In this document: in pieces, positions 37,212 through 47,811 of the stretch
How positions within the stretch are numbered: the stretch's first letter is position 1
Layout: each line of letters opens with the position of its first letter
Source of the DNA: a virus
Lineage: Duplodnaviria > Caudoviricetes
DNA: 64,000 nucleotides
IMG/VR virus record: IMGVR_UViG_3300037487_000323
Span: 1,387-65,386 of that record
Direction: 5' to 3' (one strand)
Made by a program: the position numbers and the translations under genes
The notes under the pieces: model-generated
The model's database searches: none
What the model saw: only the letters and a program-made list of their open reading frames with translations
What the model was told of the DNA's origin: nothing

Positions 37212-40200
37212 TATTGAACCCTCCCAGTAACTTCTTCCTCTTCCTCTTCCTCTTCAGGGGGGGTAAGCCCGTGATCCTTATAATATTGCAGCCGCTTGCT
37301 ATTTAATATTTGTTGGGGTGTTTGTGTTGCAGCAGGTTTAGCAGGTTTAGCAGGTTTAGCTGCTGACTCCTCAGCTGTTTCATAAGCAAACCCCTCTTTA
37401 TCTGCCATGCGCTTTACCGCCTGTATCGCTACGTTATACGCCTTACTATATTGTAGTTTTTGTTCGGGAGTACCTTCATTGGGAAAGGGAGTACTCAACA
37501 ATTTCTGTGCGTCTGCTAGTGTCTTACGCTCTGCCTCAGACCTCTTAGCATTACTATTTGATAAAGTTGTAGCTAGATCAGAAGCAGATGCAATCTGAGC
37601 TTTTGTGATCTCTGTAAGATTACCTTGGGTTGCAATTCTTTCTTTTGATTGGGTGTCAGTATCTTGTAAATTTTGTTTAGCCCCAATATCCTGAGCTTGC
37701 ATAGATGCACCCATACCATACTTAATAAACATATCGGTGTTATGTTGCGCAATATCTGCAGCTCGTTCTCTTCGGCGAGTACCTTCTTTAGTGTCCCCTT
37801 TCTGCTCAGCTAACTCAGACAACCGAAGTTCTGCTATGGACTGATTGACCGTTTTCATCATAGCCTTTTGGTCTTTTTTGTCTGCCTCTAAAGAAGGAAT
37901 AATATCCTTCATAGCTTTCATACCTGCTACTAGAGGTTCCCCCGCTGTTGTACCCCAGTTAGAAAAGAACTCTGCTGCACGGAACCCAAACTGCCGTCTT
38001 TTTTCATCAGGAGCATTAGCCCTTTCATCCATTAACTCTTTCATTCGTGTTGCTCTAATTTCAGCAGCTTCGGCATCAGTACCTTTATTTTCTTCTTTAT
38101 TTTGCGCAGCATAGTCTACAGGAGCTGTTTTTTGCCCTGCAGTGACATCTGTTAAAAACTTAAGGGGGGTAACATCTGCATCTGTGTTAATGGGCCCTAT
38201 ACCTGCTTCTTTAGAAGGCAGCGGTTGAAAAGTCCCTGCTGGAGGCACTGGTAGCGGAGCAATAACTGGCACAGTTTCAGCACTCGCAATACCTCCTTGA
38301 GAACCTGCTTTACTAACTGCTAATTTTTGTTCCGCTACCGCATCTGCAGCAGCTTGCTTCCTCTCCTCTTTTTCTTTCTGTTTAGGGCTGTAAGACACAT
38401 GGCTACCGTTTTCTCCAGAAAAAGCAACAATCCCACCCTTAGCGTAATTAGACCGCATAACCTCTTTAGCAATCTTGGTCATTTCAGGGCTTTCGTTTGC
38501 CTTGATAATTGATATTAAGCGGGGGTTGTCTAAGTCTTCTAACTTATTACGCATACTCTCTTCAACATCACCGCCAACCTTGTAGCCAACGACACCACCA
38601 TTAGCGTAACCACGATCTTCAATCACACCACCATTAGCCTTTAATGCTCCGTATAGGGAACCAACTGTACCAAGTGCGCCTATTGCTTGATTTACCCCAC
38701 TTGCTTGCGCATTTCGAGTTTCTTGCGCCCGTCCGCCTGTACTTACACCATGTAATATATCGGACATGATACCCAACTTGTTTAACTCATTAGACTCTCT
38801 ATTTGCATAATCAAGCATACCTTGATCCAATATTGATTGCTCTCTGGAACGTGCTTGACCGCCTATATCGGCTTGTGTGTTAATAATACTTTGTTGTGCG
38901 GCTAGCTCTTGAGCACCAAGATTACCCAGTGCAGTACCTGCACTGACACCACCCATGTAGCCAGCTTGAGCGCCTTGGACACCTTGAAGTGCTGTGTTAA
39001 TACCTGCAAGGTTTTGTTGGTTACCTTGAAGAGCTTGAGCATTACCCGCAAGTGCTTGTTGATTACCTTGTAACACCATGTTAGAAGCAGCGGTTTGTGC
39101 ACCAACACCCTGAATAGCAGCTTGTTGTCCTTGAATACCTGTTTGAGCACCTTGTAACACCATGTTAGAAGCTGCGGTTTGTGCGCCAACACCCTGAATA
39201 CCTGCTTGTGCGCCTTGAATACCCGCTTGAGATGCATTAACACCTGCGCCAAGACCTTGTATGCCCAAGTTAGCACCAAATTGTTGTTGGCCTCGACCTT
39301 CAGTAAAAGCGTCTTGTAACCCTTTTGCTTGAATACCGCTTATTTCTGTGTTTCTATTGCGCTCATTCTCAGCAGCCATAAGAGCTTCACGGCTTCCACC
39401 AAACGCATTGGCTTTAGTGGCCTGACCCATTTGTTGAGCACCAGTAATATCGTACTGCCTGTTAGTCGCACCGATTTGTTGGTTAACTACGTTTTGCATA
39501 TAAGGGGACATATACGCAGCACTTGTTCCGGGATCAGTTATTTGCTTAGCAAAATTGGCTTGAGCATTATAGCCTTGTCCAGCCATACCTGCAGCCGATG
39601 AGCCAAATCTTGCTCCTTGTGCGCCATACTGCCCAGCTTGATTTATTTGGGCACCACCTTGAGTAGCAGCATTAGCAGCCCCCTGCGCCCCAATATTAGA
39701 TGCGTTTGAACCATACTGCCCAGCTTGATCTATTTGGGCACCACCTTGAGTAGCAGCATTAGCAGCCCCCTGCGCCCCAATATTAGCACCTTGCGCGCCA
39801 ATAGCTTGTCCTTGCGCGCCAATAGCGGCACCTTGCGCGCCATACCCTAGCGCTGTTTCCCCGGTCCGAAATAGGTTTTGACCCGAATCAGTAGTTAATA
39901 CTTGTGCGTTATGAAAATCTTCATTGGTAGTTAAGTTTTGTGCTGAGTTATATGCTTGTACTTGCATGGGACTCCACCCAGCAACACCTTTAGAGGGATC
40001 GTAGCTTCCCGCTATTTCTTTACCATTAGCATCGTACTTTGAACCGTAGGGGTTATACGCCTTTACACCCGTAACTTCGTTTGTAGGTTCTCCTGTTTCA
40101 GGGTCTATCGCATAGTCGTATAAGGATTTTTCAATTCCTTTTAACATCGTATCGTAGTATGGCTTTAACTCTTCAGGTATGGTTGCTTGAGTTACTGTGG

Positions 40201-40288
40201 ATGTTGATTGCCCACTGTCTTTATAAAACTTAGGGCCTTGTATAAGGTATAAAAATGTTTTGCGAAGACTACTTACTTTAAAGATCAT
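37211..40288 (-). CDS. internal virion / DNA ejection protein
   Basis: Gly/Ala/Gln repeats, YMSPYMQNV, AFGGSR; ATGA-coupled start at 40288. Confidence 0.7.
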   Translation of the reverse strand: MIFKVSSLRKTFLYLIQGPKFYKDSGQSTSTVTQATIPEELKPYYDTMLKGIEKSLYDYAIDPETGEPTNEVTGVKAYNPYGSKYDANGKEIAGSYDPSKGVAGWSPMQVQAYNSAQNLTTNEDFHNAQVLTTDSGQNLFRTGETALGYGAQGAAIGAQGQAIGAQGANIGAQGAANAATQGGAQIDQAGQYGSNASNIGAQGAANAATQGGAQINQAGQYGAQGARFGSSAAGMAGQGYNAQANFAKQITDPGTSAAYMSPYMQNVVNQQIGATNRQYDITGAQQMGQATKANAFGGSREALMAAENERNRNTEISGIQAKGLQDAFTEGRGQQQFGANLGIQGLGAGVNASQAGIQGAQAGIQGVGAQTAASNMVLQGAQTGIQGQQAAIQGVGAQTAASNMVLQGNQQALAGNAQALQGNQQNLAGINTALQGVQGAQAGYMGGVSAGTALGNLGAQELAAQQSIINTQADIGGQARSREQSILDQGMLDYANRESNELNKLGIMSDILHGVSTGGRAQETRNAQASGVNQAIGALGTVGSLYGALKANGGVIEDRGYANGGVVGYKVGGDVEESMRNKLEDLDNPRLISIIKANESPEMTKIAKEVMRSNYAKGGIVAFSGENGSHVSYSPKQKEKEERKQAAADAVAEQKLAVSKAGSQGGIASAETVPVIAPLPVPPAGTFQPLPSKEAGIGPINTDADVTPLKFLTDVTAGQKTAPVDYAAQNKEENKGTDAEAAEIRATRMKELMDERANAPDEKRRQFGFRAAEFFSNWGTTAGEPLVAGMKAMKDIIPSLEADKKDQKAMMKTVNQSIAELRLSELAEQKGDTKEGTRRRERAADIAQHNTDMFIKYGMGASMQAQDIGAKQNLQDTDTQSKERIATQGNLTEITKAQIASASDLATTLSNSNAKRSEAERKTLADAQKLLSTPFPNEGTPEQKLQYSKAYNVAIQAVKRMADKEGFAYETAEESAAKPAKPAKPAATQTPQQILNSKRLQYYKDHGLTPPEEEEEEEEVTGRVQ

Positions 40289-40707
40289 ACATTTAACTCC
40301 ATAACAATATGTGCGGGGGTGTACCCTAATTTTTGTTTCCATAGCCTAGCTACAGATTCTTTAGCGTACCCTTGAATTTTTGTACCACCCATTGCGCGAA
40401 CCCAGTTCACAAACTCTTGGTGGGCTTCTTTTGAAGAAATAAGTTTCCCCCCTATTGCAACCACAAGTGCTATCCTTGAGTGCGGAGAATTTATCCAGCG
40501 TAAACTTATAGCCCCGTGAATTACACCCTCATCGTCACTAACTACAACAAGGGTATATTCGCCCCTAATAATATAGTCTTTTATGTTGTCAATAGAATAC
40601 TGCTCACCTAAAGAGCTATTTTCAAACACAGCTTCAAACCAAGGTTTAACCAACGGCCAAACATGGTGTATGTGTTTAGGGTCTACGTGCTGGACTTTCA
40701 GTTTCAT
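40285..40707 (-). CDS. GNAT-like acetyltransferase-fold protein
   Basis: 140 aa, GGTKIQGYAKESVARLWKQKLGY; sits before the ejection genes. Confidence 0.55.
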   Translation of the reverse strand: MKLKVQHVDPKHIHHVWPLVKPWFEAVFENSSLGEQYSIDNIKDYIIRGEYTLVVVSDDEGVIHGAISLRWINSPHSRIALVVAIGGKLISSKEAHQEFVNWVRAMGGTKIQGYAKESVARLWKQKLGYTPAHIVMELNV

Positions 40708-42329
40708 GCTGGAAGGTTTTTAGTAGCTTTAGAATCTACCGCAATCTTACCTTTACCTGTGGTTTTACTTCTACGTGCTTGAACCCTATCTACCATTACT
40801 TGCAGTGCTTTCGCCCCTGCTTCAGTAGAGCCATTACCTAACTCAGAAACAATACGGCTAGGGATAACAAATTCCCCATCCGCTAGTCTTGCGGGTTGCT
40901 TACCACTATCGCCTATCTGAGCTGGAATATCATCAGATACACCGTCACCCGGCCCTCTAGTTAAACCTGCAATACCCCCATGTGAATAGCCACCCAAGTT
41001 ATCTTGCATGATCCCGCCATTAGCCGCTGCTTGTACAGGTTGAGCAGGTGCACTTACAGCTTGAGCAGGGCTTTGTGGCATTTGACCTTGTGGCATTTGT
41101 GAGGCTAACTGTTGAGCTTGTTGAGCATAATACTCTTGAACTTTTTGTGAAGCTAACGCTCTAACTTGATCCGCAAACGAAGCTTGCCCACCTACATTAA
41201 TAGCACCGCCATCGGCATAAAACTTGGGTTGTTGCATTTGCGGTTGTTGCATTTGCGGCTGTGGCATGGGTGTAGGAGGAACAATACCTTGCTGCACTTG
41301 TGGCTGTTGGGCTTGCTGCACTTGAGCTTGTTGCTGGTCATAAGTTTGTTGCCCAATTTGAGCAGCCTGTACCCCCATACTAGCAAAAGGGTTCATCTTA
41401 ACATCTTGTGCTGGAACCGCTTGTTGTGAGACTATATCTCCACCTTCAGCATAGTATCTTGTAGGCGCAGGATAGTATCTTGTAGGCGCAGGGTGATAAG
41501 GCTTATAGTCTTTGGACATTGTTGCCCCCCGACGCATCTTGAATTTGGGCTTTTCCTCGGGTTCAATGTAATCACCAGCGTCCGCACCTTCTATAAGACC
41601 GCCAATTAGACCTGAAGCTGCTCGCATTGGCTCGGCCTTAACCGCACTCATACCGCCTTTAAAAGCATCACTAGCTAAGTCCAGTCTGTCAGACATTGCG
41701 ACAGGGGCGGCTGGAGGTGCAACATTTGCTACAGTACCTGTACCCGGTGCCATAGGGCTATACTTTATTTCTGGGGGTGTAAATTCTATATTATTTCCAA
41801 TAGGAATATCTGGAGACAGTTTAGTTGTTGTTGCCGATGCACTATCAATTTTAGGATTAGTAGTTCCCTCTGTAGAAACTGCAACATCAGCTTTACCCAT
41901 ACCACCTAGACCTCCAGCAACAGCACCTATACCACCACCCATTAAAGCAGCTTCACCAGCGTCCCGACCTGTGGCACCAGCACCAGCAGCAGAACCAGCA
42001 GCGCCAGCTACCCCCCCGGTAACTATACCACTACCAACAGGCCCAAGGCCTGCGGTTGCGCCACTTAAACCGGGAGCAATACCTCCAGAAACAGCGCCAG
42101 AAACAGCGCCAGATAATGCACCTTCACCAGCATCACCGCCCGTTATACCTGCGCCCGCAGCACCTATTCCCGCGCCTAACGCAGCGCCAGTGGCGGCACC
42201 AGCAGCAACGCCCCCGACAGCCGCGCCAACACTCCCAGCCGCAATAGCCCCTGTGACACCTGTTGTAATCGCCCCTGCCGATATTGCAGACACCGCTGCT
42301 GTTGATGCTGCTGCTACGATAAAACTCAT
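40704..42329 (-). CDS. Gly/Ala-rich internal virion protein
   Basis: Glycine-zipper N-terminus; GPGDGVSDDIPA...ARLADGEFVIP C-terminal domain. Confidence 0.7.
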   Translation of the reverse strand: MSFIVAAASTAAVSAISAGAITTGVTGAIAAGSVGAAVGGVAAGAATGAALGAGIGAAGAGITGGDAGEGALSGAVSGAVSGGIAPGLSGATAGLGPVGSGIVTGGVAGAAGSAAGAGATGRDAGEAALMGGGIGAVAGGLGGMGKADVAVSTEGTTNPKIDSASATTTKLSPDIPIGNNIEFTPPEIKYSPMAPGTGTVANVAPPAAPVAMSDRLDLASDAFKGGMSAVKAEPMRAASGLIGGLIEGADAGDYIEPEEKPKFKMRRGATMSKDYKPYHPAPTRYYPAPTRYYAEGGDIVSQQAVPAQDVKMNPFASMGVQAAQIGQQTYDQQQAQVQQAQQPQVQQGIVPPTPMPQPQMQQPQMQQPKFYADGGAINVGGQASFADQVRALASQKVQEYYAQQAQQLASQMPQGQMPQSPAQAVSAPAQPVQAAANGGIMQDNLGGYSHGGIAGLTRGPGDGVSDDIPAQIGDSGKQPARLADGEFVIPSRIVSELGNGSTEAGAKALQVMVDRVQARRSKTTGKGKIAVDSKATKNLPA

Positions 42330-42748
42330 AATATTTCTCCTAACAGCAGTTGCTGTTCATATTCTTCAAAGGTTGCAGAGACTAGCTCATCTTCTATGGC
42401 TTCAATCTCTGTATTGTCTGTTCTGTGTACGGTAATAAACACTACGTCTGTTTCTGCATAACCAAGGCGTTTAACGCCCGGTTGGTCTACCATTATGTGA
42501 CCTTCAGATATAACGTAAGATTCAGTGCCGTTAGTAATTCGGATAGTGCCTTTGGCTATGATAGCGATACTTTCAAAGTTGTGTATCTTCCCTGTTAATA
42601 GAGTACCTGCAGGTATAAACATGCTACGCGCGTAAACACCGTTAATATGATAATGCTGAACAGGGCACTCGACTTGCACCTCTTTAATAATCAGGTCTTC
42701 TATGCGCAGTATCTCAGGCATACACCCTATGGATGCTAAGTTACTCAT
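42326..42748 (-). CDS. cupin-like protein
   Basis: GVYARSMFIPAGTLLTGKIH...PGVKR...FITVH. Confidence 0.7.
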   Translation of the reverse strand: MSNLASIGCMPEILRIEDLIIKEVQVECPVQHYHINGVYARSMFIPAGTLLTGKIHNFESIAIIAKGTIRITNGTESYVISEGHIMVDQPGVKRLGYAETDVVFITVHRTDNTEIEAIEDELVSATFEEYEQQLLLGEIL

Positions 42749-43140
42749 CTTTTAGTGCCATTAACTTCACCTGCTTGACGATAATTAATTGTAACTTCTT
42801 CACCAGAGGTGATATTGTGTAACGCTTCCATACGTAAGTCCCCAATCTTATCAAGGACAAATAATGCATTGGGTGTAGGGGAGTGGTTAGTGTATCGACC
42901 GGCTAAGACCCTATCTCCGTCTATCCTTACCATCGCTAAGTAGCCACCAGCTTCAACATCTTGTATAGCAAACATCCCTTTACCTTCAATAGCAGACTCT
43001 TTAAGTTCTACTTTACACATATTATCTTCGTTATCTAGTGTCCTCAAAGCAAGGAGAGTATCTACAAATTCTTGGGTAAAATTATATTCATCTAGAAAGT
43101 CAACATAGTCTGCGCGTATTGATTTTATTGAGTATATCAC
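42745..43140 (-). CDS. SET-domain protein
   Basis: SAIEGKGMFA, GRYTNHS, GEEVTINY. Confidence 0.85.
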   Translation of the reverse strand: MIYSIKSIRADYVDFLDEYNFTQEFVDTLLALRTLDNEDNMCKVELKESAIEGKGMFAIQDVEAGGYLAMVRIDGDRVLAGRYTNHSPTPNALFVLDKIGDLRMEALHNITSGEEVTINYRQAGEVNGTKR

Positions 43141-43790
43141 GAGGGTAGGGCAGAGACAAACGTAACTGTTATAATGACAGCGGGTGCGCGCGGATGAATA
43201 GGTGCAACTACTGACGCAGGTACTGTGGATAGAGAAACGGCGGCATCATCAGATAGCCATATAAGTTCAATATAGTCCCCAGCCTCTACATGTAAAAGAT
43301 AGTTGATAGCCAAAATAGTTTCAGAATTAACCGATCCCCGCTTAACTGGCAACTGAGCGGCAGAGTTAGAATCAGGCACGTCCACCCCATTCTGTCTTAT
43401 CCACACTTCTAGGGGATGAATCTGAGCTGCGCTATTAGTAACTTGAACACTAAACTGATAGTTATACACCCCTGCATTTGTTATATAAACCCTAGAGGTT
43501 GGTGTACCGATATACACTTCGCTTGAGTTAGTATTTACACCGTTAAGTAGTACCGTTGTTGGTACATTGGGCACTGCCGCTACGGTAGATGTATCTATAA
43601 AAGAACCATAAGGCGCACTAAAACTAGTAAGCCCTACCACCCCAACTAACGCTGAAGTAAAGTTATCTAGCTGATTAAAGTACAGCCGTAAGATATTGTT
43701 TAAGTAATCTTGGTAGCCCTTACCATAACCTGCTGGGGCAATAGTAAGGTTGGGTGCTTTAGGCGGTAGCAGCTTATTTATGTTAGCCAT
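43137..43790 (-). CDS. virion structural protein
   Basis: LRLYFNQLD helix plus beta-rich C1q/BclA-like C-terminus. Confidence 0.6.
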   Translation of the reverse strand: MANINKLLPPKAPNLTIAPAGYGKGYQDYLNNILRLYFNQLDNFTSALVGVVGLTSFSAPYGSFIDTSTVAAVPNVPTTVLLNGVNTNSSEVYIGTPTSRVYITNAGVYNYQFSVQVTNSAAQIHPLEVWIRQNGVDVPDSNSAAQLPVKRGSVNSETILAINYLLHVEAGDYIELIWLSDDAAVSLSTVPASVVAPIHPRAPAVIITVTFVSALPS

Positions 43791-43792
43791 AT

Positions 43793-45709
43793 CTAGCGTT
43801 TTCCGTCAGATTTGAGGTCAATTCTAGGTTTACCTAACTGCCAAGCAACACCCAATGCATCAGACTCTATTCTAAAGCTCATCTGTCTACCACGTAGTCT
43901 AGTGTAAACCTGCCCTGTAAATGTCTGGACAATATACACACTTGAGTTGGGTGGGTAAGGTAGAGCATAGTTATCAGCACTAGTTACTATTGGAGCATCT
44001 GCACTACCATAGGGCGCACCTGCGTTTTCTCTAGGCACAACAGTCATAGTTACGTATGGGTTATTGACATCAGAGCCATTAAAGTTTATATCAGGCAATA
44101 TGCGCCACACAAAACCAAAGTTCTGCCCGTCTTCAATATCAAAGTCAGATGATTGCACGTAAGCTGCAATAGGTACGGGGGTTAAACCAGACACATCATC
44201 TACAGATGCCTCATGATATAACAACCTATGATCGTAATTAGCAGCAATAGGGTATTGACGTATACCTGAGTCTAACCACGCAGTTCTGCTCATATTGCCC
44301 GAATACCAGACTTGATCTAAGTAGTTAAAGATAACATAGCGGTCAATTACAGACGTATCTTCAGAGCAGTAAAACCACCATATTTCATTGTACCCACTGT
44401 TAGAACCTGAGAATACTTGAAAGGATTGGTCGACATTTAAATCTTCAAACACGTACTGCCATAAGGTGCAGGGTAACGTGTGCACACTACCGTCATAGTA
44501 GTAAAACTTATCTATACCCATCCAGTAAGTAGCATTGTTTACTGTAGTAACCGCATTAGGCGAAATTATGGATATGTTATCCATTAACACCTGAAAACTA
44601 AATACGTAGGGTGGGCCTAAATACTGCATGGAGTATAGAGCTGCATCAGTCCATATTAAATTTTCTTGCCGTGTTACTTGGGAGGCCACAATGTAAGAGC
44701 CGTGTGTAAGCCTAAACTCACCTGACTGATTTGTTATAGAGGGTACCCATTGATACTGATTATTTTGATCTGACCAACGCACAAGCATAGGGTCAAATGT
44801 ACTGGCAGGTGTTCCAGAAATATAAGGGTTAGCACCAAAAGCAATTACAAACCTTTGTATAGAAGATGCCATAATTTGATTGGTTGTCGTAGGCACATAC
44901 GTTCCGTCATACCCAGCAGCTGTTGCTAAAGAAGCAAGGGTTTGTGCCCTAGTAGTTACACCACCAGAATCAGGCCAGTAATAAATACCTCCACCACGAG
45001 GCGCTATTATAAGGTCTTGCCCGTAGTTGTCATTACTCCATAGGCGTAACTGTGTTCCAACAGTATTAATAACACCTGTTCCCCAGCCTCCACGACCCCA
45101 GCCTCCAGCACCCCAACCTACGCCAGAACTGTAAACATCAAGCCCTGTGGTAATTTGAAACGCTGCGGATATTGCAACGCCACCCCCAGCAGCCACTGTT
45201 GATGTTGCTAGGGTAGGGACGGTTATTGTAAATGTATTGGCTGTTAAATATGTTATTTGATATTCGGCATTTAAAGTAGGGGCAGTAATACCACCAACAG
45301 CCACAGCACCTGAGAAGGTGACAAAGTCATTTTGTATTGCACCATGCGCAACGATAGTTACCGTGACTACATTTGAGTTTATTAAAGTTGCAAAGCAGTT
45401 ATTAGTGGCGGGGGCTACGAGTGTGGTTCTGATAGGGGTAATGTCATAATAAAGGCCACCCTTTTCAATATAGTATTTTAACTCAGTGCCTAAACTTACA
45501 TAGTTAGTCCCGTCTAAATCTATCCAGTTCCACATGGCTCTAACTAAACCTAAGAAAGTACTGTTAGATAACCGCACCCAACCCCCTATCTTTTCAGGGT
45601 TTCCTGATCGAAAGCGTATCTTATCCCCATCGTAATACCCGCCTTCATTACCATAATTGGTACTTTCGCGGTTAATCCCCGGTGTTAGTATTAACTTCTT
45701 TAAAGCCAT
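43793..45709 (-). CDS. tail nozzle / head-stabilisation protein
   Basis: Start MALKKL at 45709 with GGAG RBS; beta-propeller-like, VRWSDQ motif; tail module position. Confidence 0.65.
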   Translation of the reverse strand: MALKKLILTPGINRESTNYGNEGGYYDGDKIRFRSGNPEKIGGWVRLSNSTFLGLVRAMWNWIDLDGTNYVSLGTELKYYIEKGGLYYDITPIRTTLVAPATNNCFATLINSNVVTVTIVAHGAIQNDFVTFSGAVAVGGITAPTLNAEYQITYLTANTFTITVPTLATSTVAAGGGVAISAAFQITTGLDVYSSGVGWGAGGWGRGGWGTGVINTVGTQLRLWSNDNYGQDLIIAPRGGGIYYWPDSGGVTTRAQTLASLATAAGYDGTYVPTTTNQIMASSIQRFVIAFGANPYISGTPASTFDPMLVRWSDQNNQYQWVPSITNQSGEFRLTHGSYIVASQVTRQENLIWTDAALYSMQYLGPPYVFSFQVLMDNISIISPNAVTTVNNATYWMGIDKFYYYDGSVHTLPCTLWQYVFEDLNVDQSFQVFSGSNSGYNEIWWFYCSEDTSVIDRYVIFNYLDQVWYSGNMSRTAWLDSGIRQYPIAANYDHRLLYHEASVDDVSGLTPVPIAAYVQSSDFDIEDGQNFGFVWRILPDINFNGSDVNNPYVTMTVVPRENAGAPYGSADAPIVTSADNYALPYPPNSSVYIVQTFTGQVYTRLRGRQMSFRIESDALGVAWQLGKPRIDLKSDGKR

Positions 45710-45720
45710 ACAATGTACTC

Positions 45721-45900
45721 CTACCCTAAGTCGCCAGTCAATGTGAATGGGTTGGCATATATTGTTACATTCTGTGTAGGCGCAAGCATAGGTGCTCCAC
45801 ATGACCCACACACATCAGAGCTAACATCTTCATCTGACAAACTAACATCACATATACTGCAGAACAACTCAATTAAGTGTGTATTATCTATTGCGCTCAT
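45721..45900 (-). CDS. small zinc-ribbon protein (59 aa)
   Basis: CSIC...CGSC; ATGA-coupled to the fibre gene. Confidence 0.6.
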   Translation of the reverse strand: MSAIDNTHLIELFCSICDVSLSDEDVSSDVCGSCGAPMLAPTQNVTIYANPFTLTGDLG

Positions 45901-46889
45901 GATTTTTGAATGTAGGCTAATGCAAAGTAAGGGGGTAGGTTAGCGCCTGTACCAGAAGAACCTGCAGAGTTAACCGTAATACCTGTTGTAACTGATCCTG
46001 TTGTAGCGGACGTTTGTGTTGCTAAGGCAGTGTCTCCACCAGCCGTTACCGTTGTTGTGGTCGATGCCGTGTTATAAGAATGAACATGCCCTCCATCAAC
46101 AAGCGTATGGGTGTGATCTACAACAATAGCGTTGGCTGTCCCACCTATAGCCTCAAAAGCATACGTACTACCAGCACCTATAACAAAACGGTCTTGTAAA
46201 TTTGGTGTCCCGTTAAGCCCATTGCATAAGAGCCACCCTGCGGGAATAGTAGCAATAGAACCGGACCACATGATAATGCCGCCTGATGGAAAAAACGTGC
46301 CTATGATAAAACCAGAAGCCCCATTAACAGTTAAAACACCTGCGTTACTAACACTAACATCGCCAGTTCCACCTGAAAGAGTAATGCCTGACCCACCCGC
46401 AATAGTCCTAACACCTGCGTTAGTGACGGTAGCGACAGTACCAACTGTGTTTACAGAGATACCTGAACCAGCAGCTACGCTTATTTCATTAAGCACTACA
46501 GTAAAGTTAGTTCCGTCACAGTATACAATTTGGTTAGTACCAAAGGCTACACTTGCAGAAGTACCTGAAGCAGCTCTGATATTAATAGCGTAGCCCCCGA
46601 TAGTATTATTCTCTACGATATATATTTTTTTAACTAGGGGGGCGATAATGTCTCTAATAGCCCCATTGGTGCCAGTAACAACTAAAACAGCTTGTCTGGC
46701 CTCATCTGTTGCGCCATTAAGATTAGTTAGTGTGTAGTTAGCATTGGTCATAACTATTGAAACAGTACCAACAATAGACTGTTCTAACAGCGTACCTAAG
46801 TTTGAGTTAGTCGTTGTGTTCCATGATCCGATCTGTTCACCAGCGCCTATAAGTTCTAAGCGTAGTGAGGGGGAAAAAGTACTAGGCAT
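45897..46889 (-). CDS. tail fibre protein with collar domain
   Basis: PSGGIIMWSG..IPAGWLLCNG..TPNLQDRFVIGAG...NLPPYFALAYI. Confidence 0.8.
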   Translation of the reverse strand: MPSTFSPSLRLELIGAGEQIGSWNTTTNSNLGTLLEQSIVGTVSIVMTNANYTLTNLNGATDEARQAVLVVTGTNGAIRDIIAPLVKKIYIVENNTIGGYAINIRAASGTSASVAFGTNQIVYCDGTNFTVVLNEISVAAGSGISVNTVGTVATVTNAGVRTIAGGSGITLSGGTGDVSVSNAGVLTVNGASGFIIGTFFPSGGIIMWSGSIATIPAGWLLCNGLNGTPNLQDRFVIGAGSTYAFEAIGGTANAIVVDHTHTLVDGGHVHSYNTASTTTTVTAGGDTALATQTSATTGSVTTGITVNSAGSSGTGANLPPYFALAYIQKS

Positions 46890-46908
46890 AAGAGTCCTTG
46901 TTTAAAGT

Positions 46909-47352
46909 TTATACGTACCAGTTAGGGAGTTGCGCTACATCAACATCAACCCATGTGTTTGGTGTTAGTACGCTGTGTGTTGATTGGGTAATGCTAGAGA
47001 GGGGTATTCCAGAAAAAGATGCCCCACCAAACATGGGGCCTTCGTCAACTACAAAAACGCCTGAAGTAGTTGTGATAATATCAATCCAAGCATTAACCTG
47101 AGTGGTATTACCGTTAACAATACCCAAATAAAGCGTTGCAGATAGCCCTGTTGGAGAAAAACTTGCGCCTGCATTTACTGTTTCGCTACCCAAGTAAGTT
47201 TGAGCGCCCGTACCTACAACTGGAGCATCTACATCACCAATTACAGATACCGACCCAAGATACCCTGTTGCGGAGATGCCACTAACACCAACAAGCGTAA
47301 CGCCTGTGATTGACGCTAGTGGAAATTCTGAGAACGGATCAAAACCAAGCAT
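46909..47352 (-). CDS. virion structural protein
   Basis: Gly/Ser/Thr/Val-rich, tail module. Confidence 0.55.
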   Translation of the reverse strand: MLGFDPFSEFPLASITGVTLVGVSGISATGYLGSVSVIGDVDAPVVGTGAQTYLGSETVNAGASFSPTGLSATLYLGIVNGNTTQVNAWIDIITTTSGVFVVDEGPMFGGASFSGIPLSSITQSTHSVLTPNTWVDVDVAQLPNWYV

Positions 47353-47364
47353 GTGTGTGCCCTT

Positions 47365-47811
47365 TTAACTTAGGTATAGTTTTTGTTCGGCCTTGCGTCT
47401 ACGTGATAATCCTGCAGAGACAGTACCCATAGCTTTGTTCCATCTTAAGAATTGTGCGCTAGTTTCTTCATTGGGCGCGCCCTTATTTATTTCTTTAACC
47501 AAGGTAGATGATGCAAAGTTTCCTTGACCTATGTTATAACACAAACAGACGCAAGCATCAAATTGATTCTGTGTCAAGGGAACATTAATTGCTTTATCCA
47601 CAGTCTGTTCGTATTTATGCAGGGTATCATGGAATAGTTCTAAGGCTGTTGCTTCAGATATGGACACATCACACAGCTTTACTTTCCTACCATCAGCATA
47701 TAATGTAGAGCCAAACCCTATGGTTGGGACCCCCGCACTGCAAAGATAAGGGGCTTTTCTAAACCCTTCAAACTCTTTAATTAACGCAATACCCGCATCA
47801 CCTATTTTCAT
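47365..47811 (-). CDS. endolysin, GH24 lysozyme
   Basis: IKEFEG..PYLCSAGVPTIGFG, QNQFDA, YNIG, GLSRRRKAE. Confidence 0.93.
   Translation of the reverse strand: MKIGDAGIALIKEFEGFRKAPYLCSAGVPTIGFGSTLYADGRKVKLCDVSISEATALELFHDTLHKYEQTVDKAINVPLTQNQFDACVCLCYNIGQGNFASSTLVKEINKGAPNEETSAQFLRWNKAMGTVSAGLSRRRKAEQKLYLS

Noticed and set aside
33469-42435. Plus-strand ORFs such as 35578-36102 and 41971-42435
   Set aside because: Antisense shadows of long, motif-bearing minus-strand genes.
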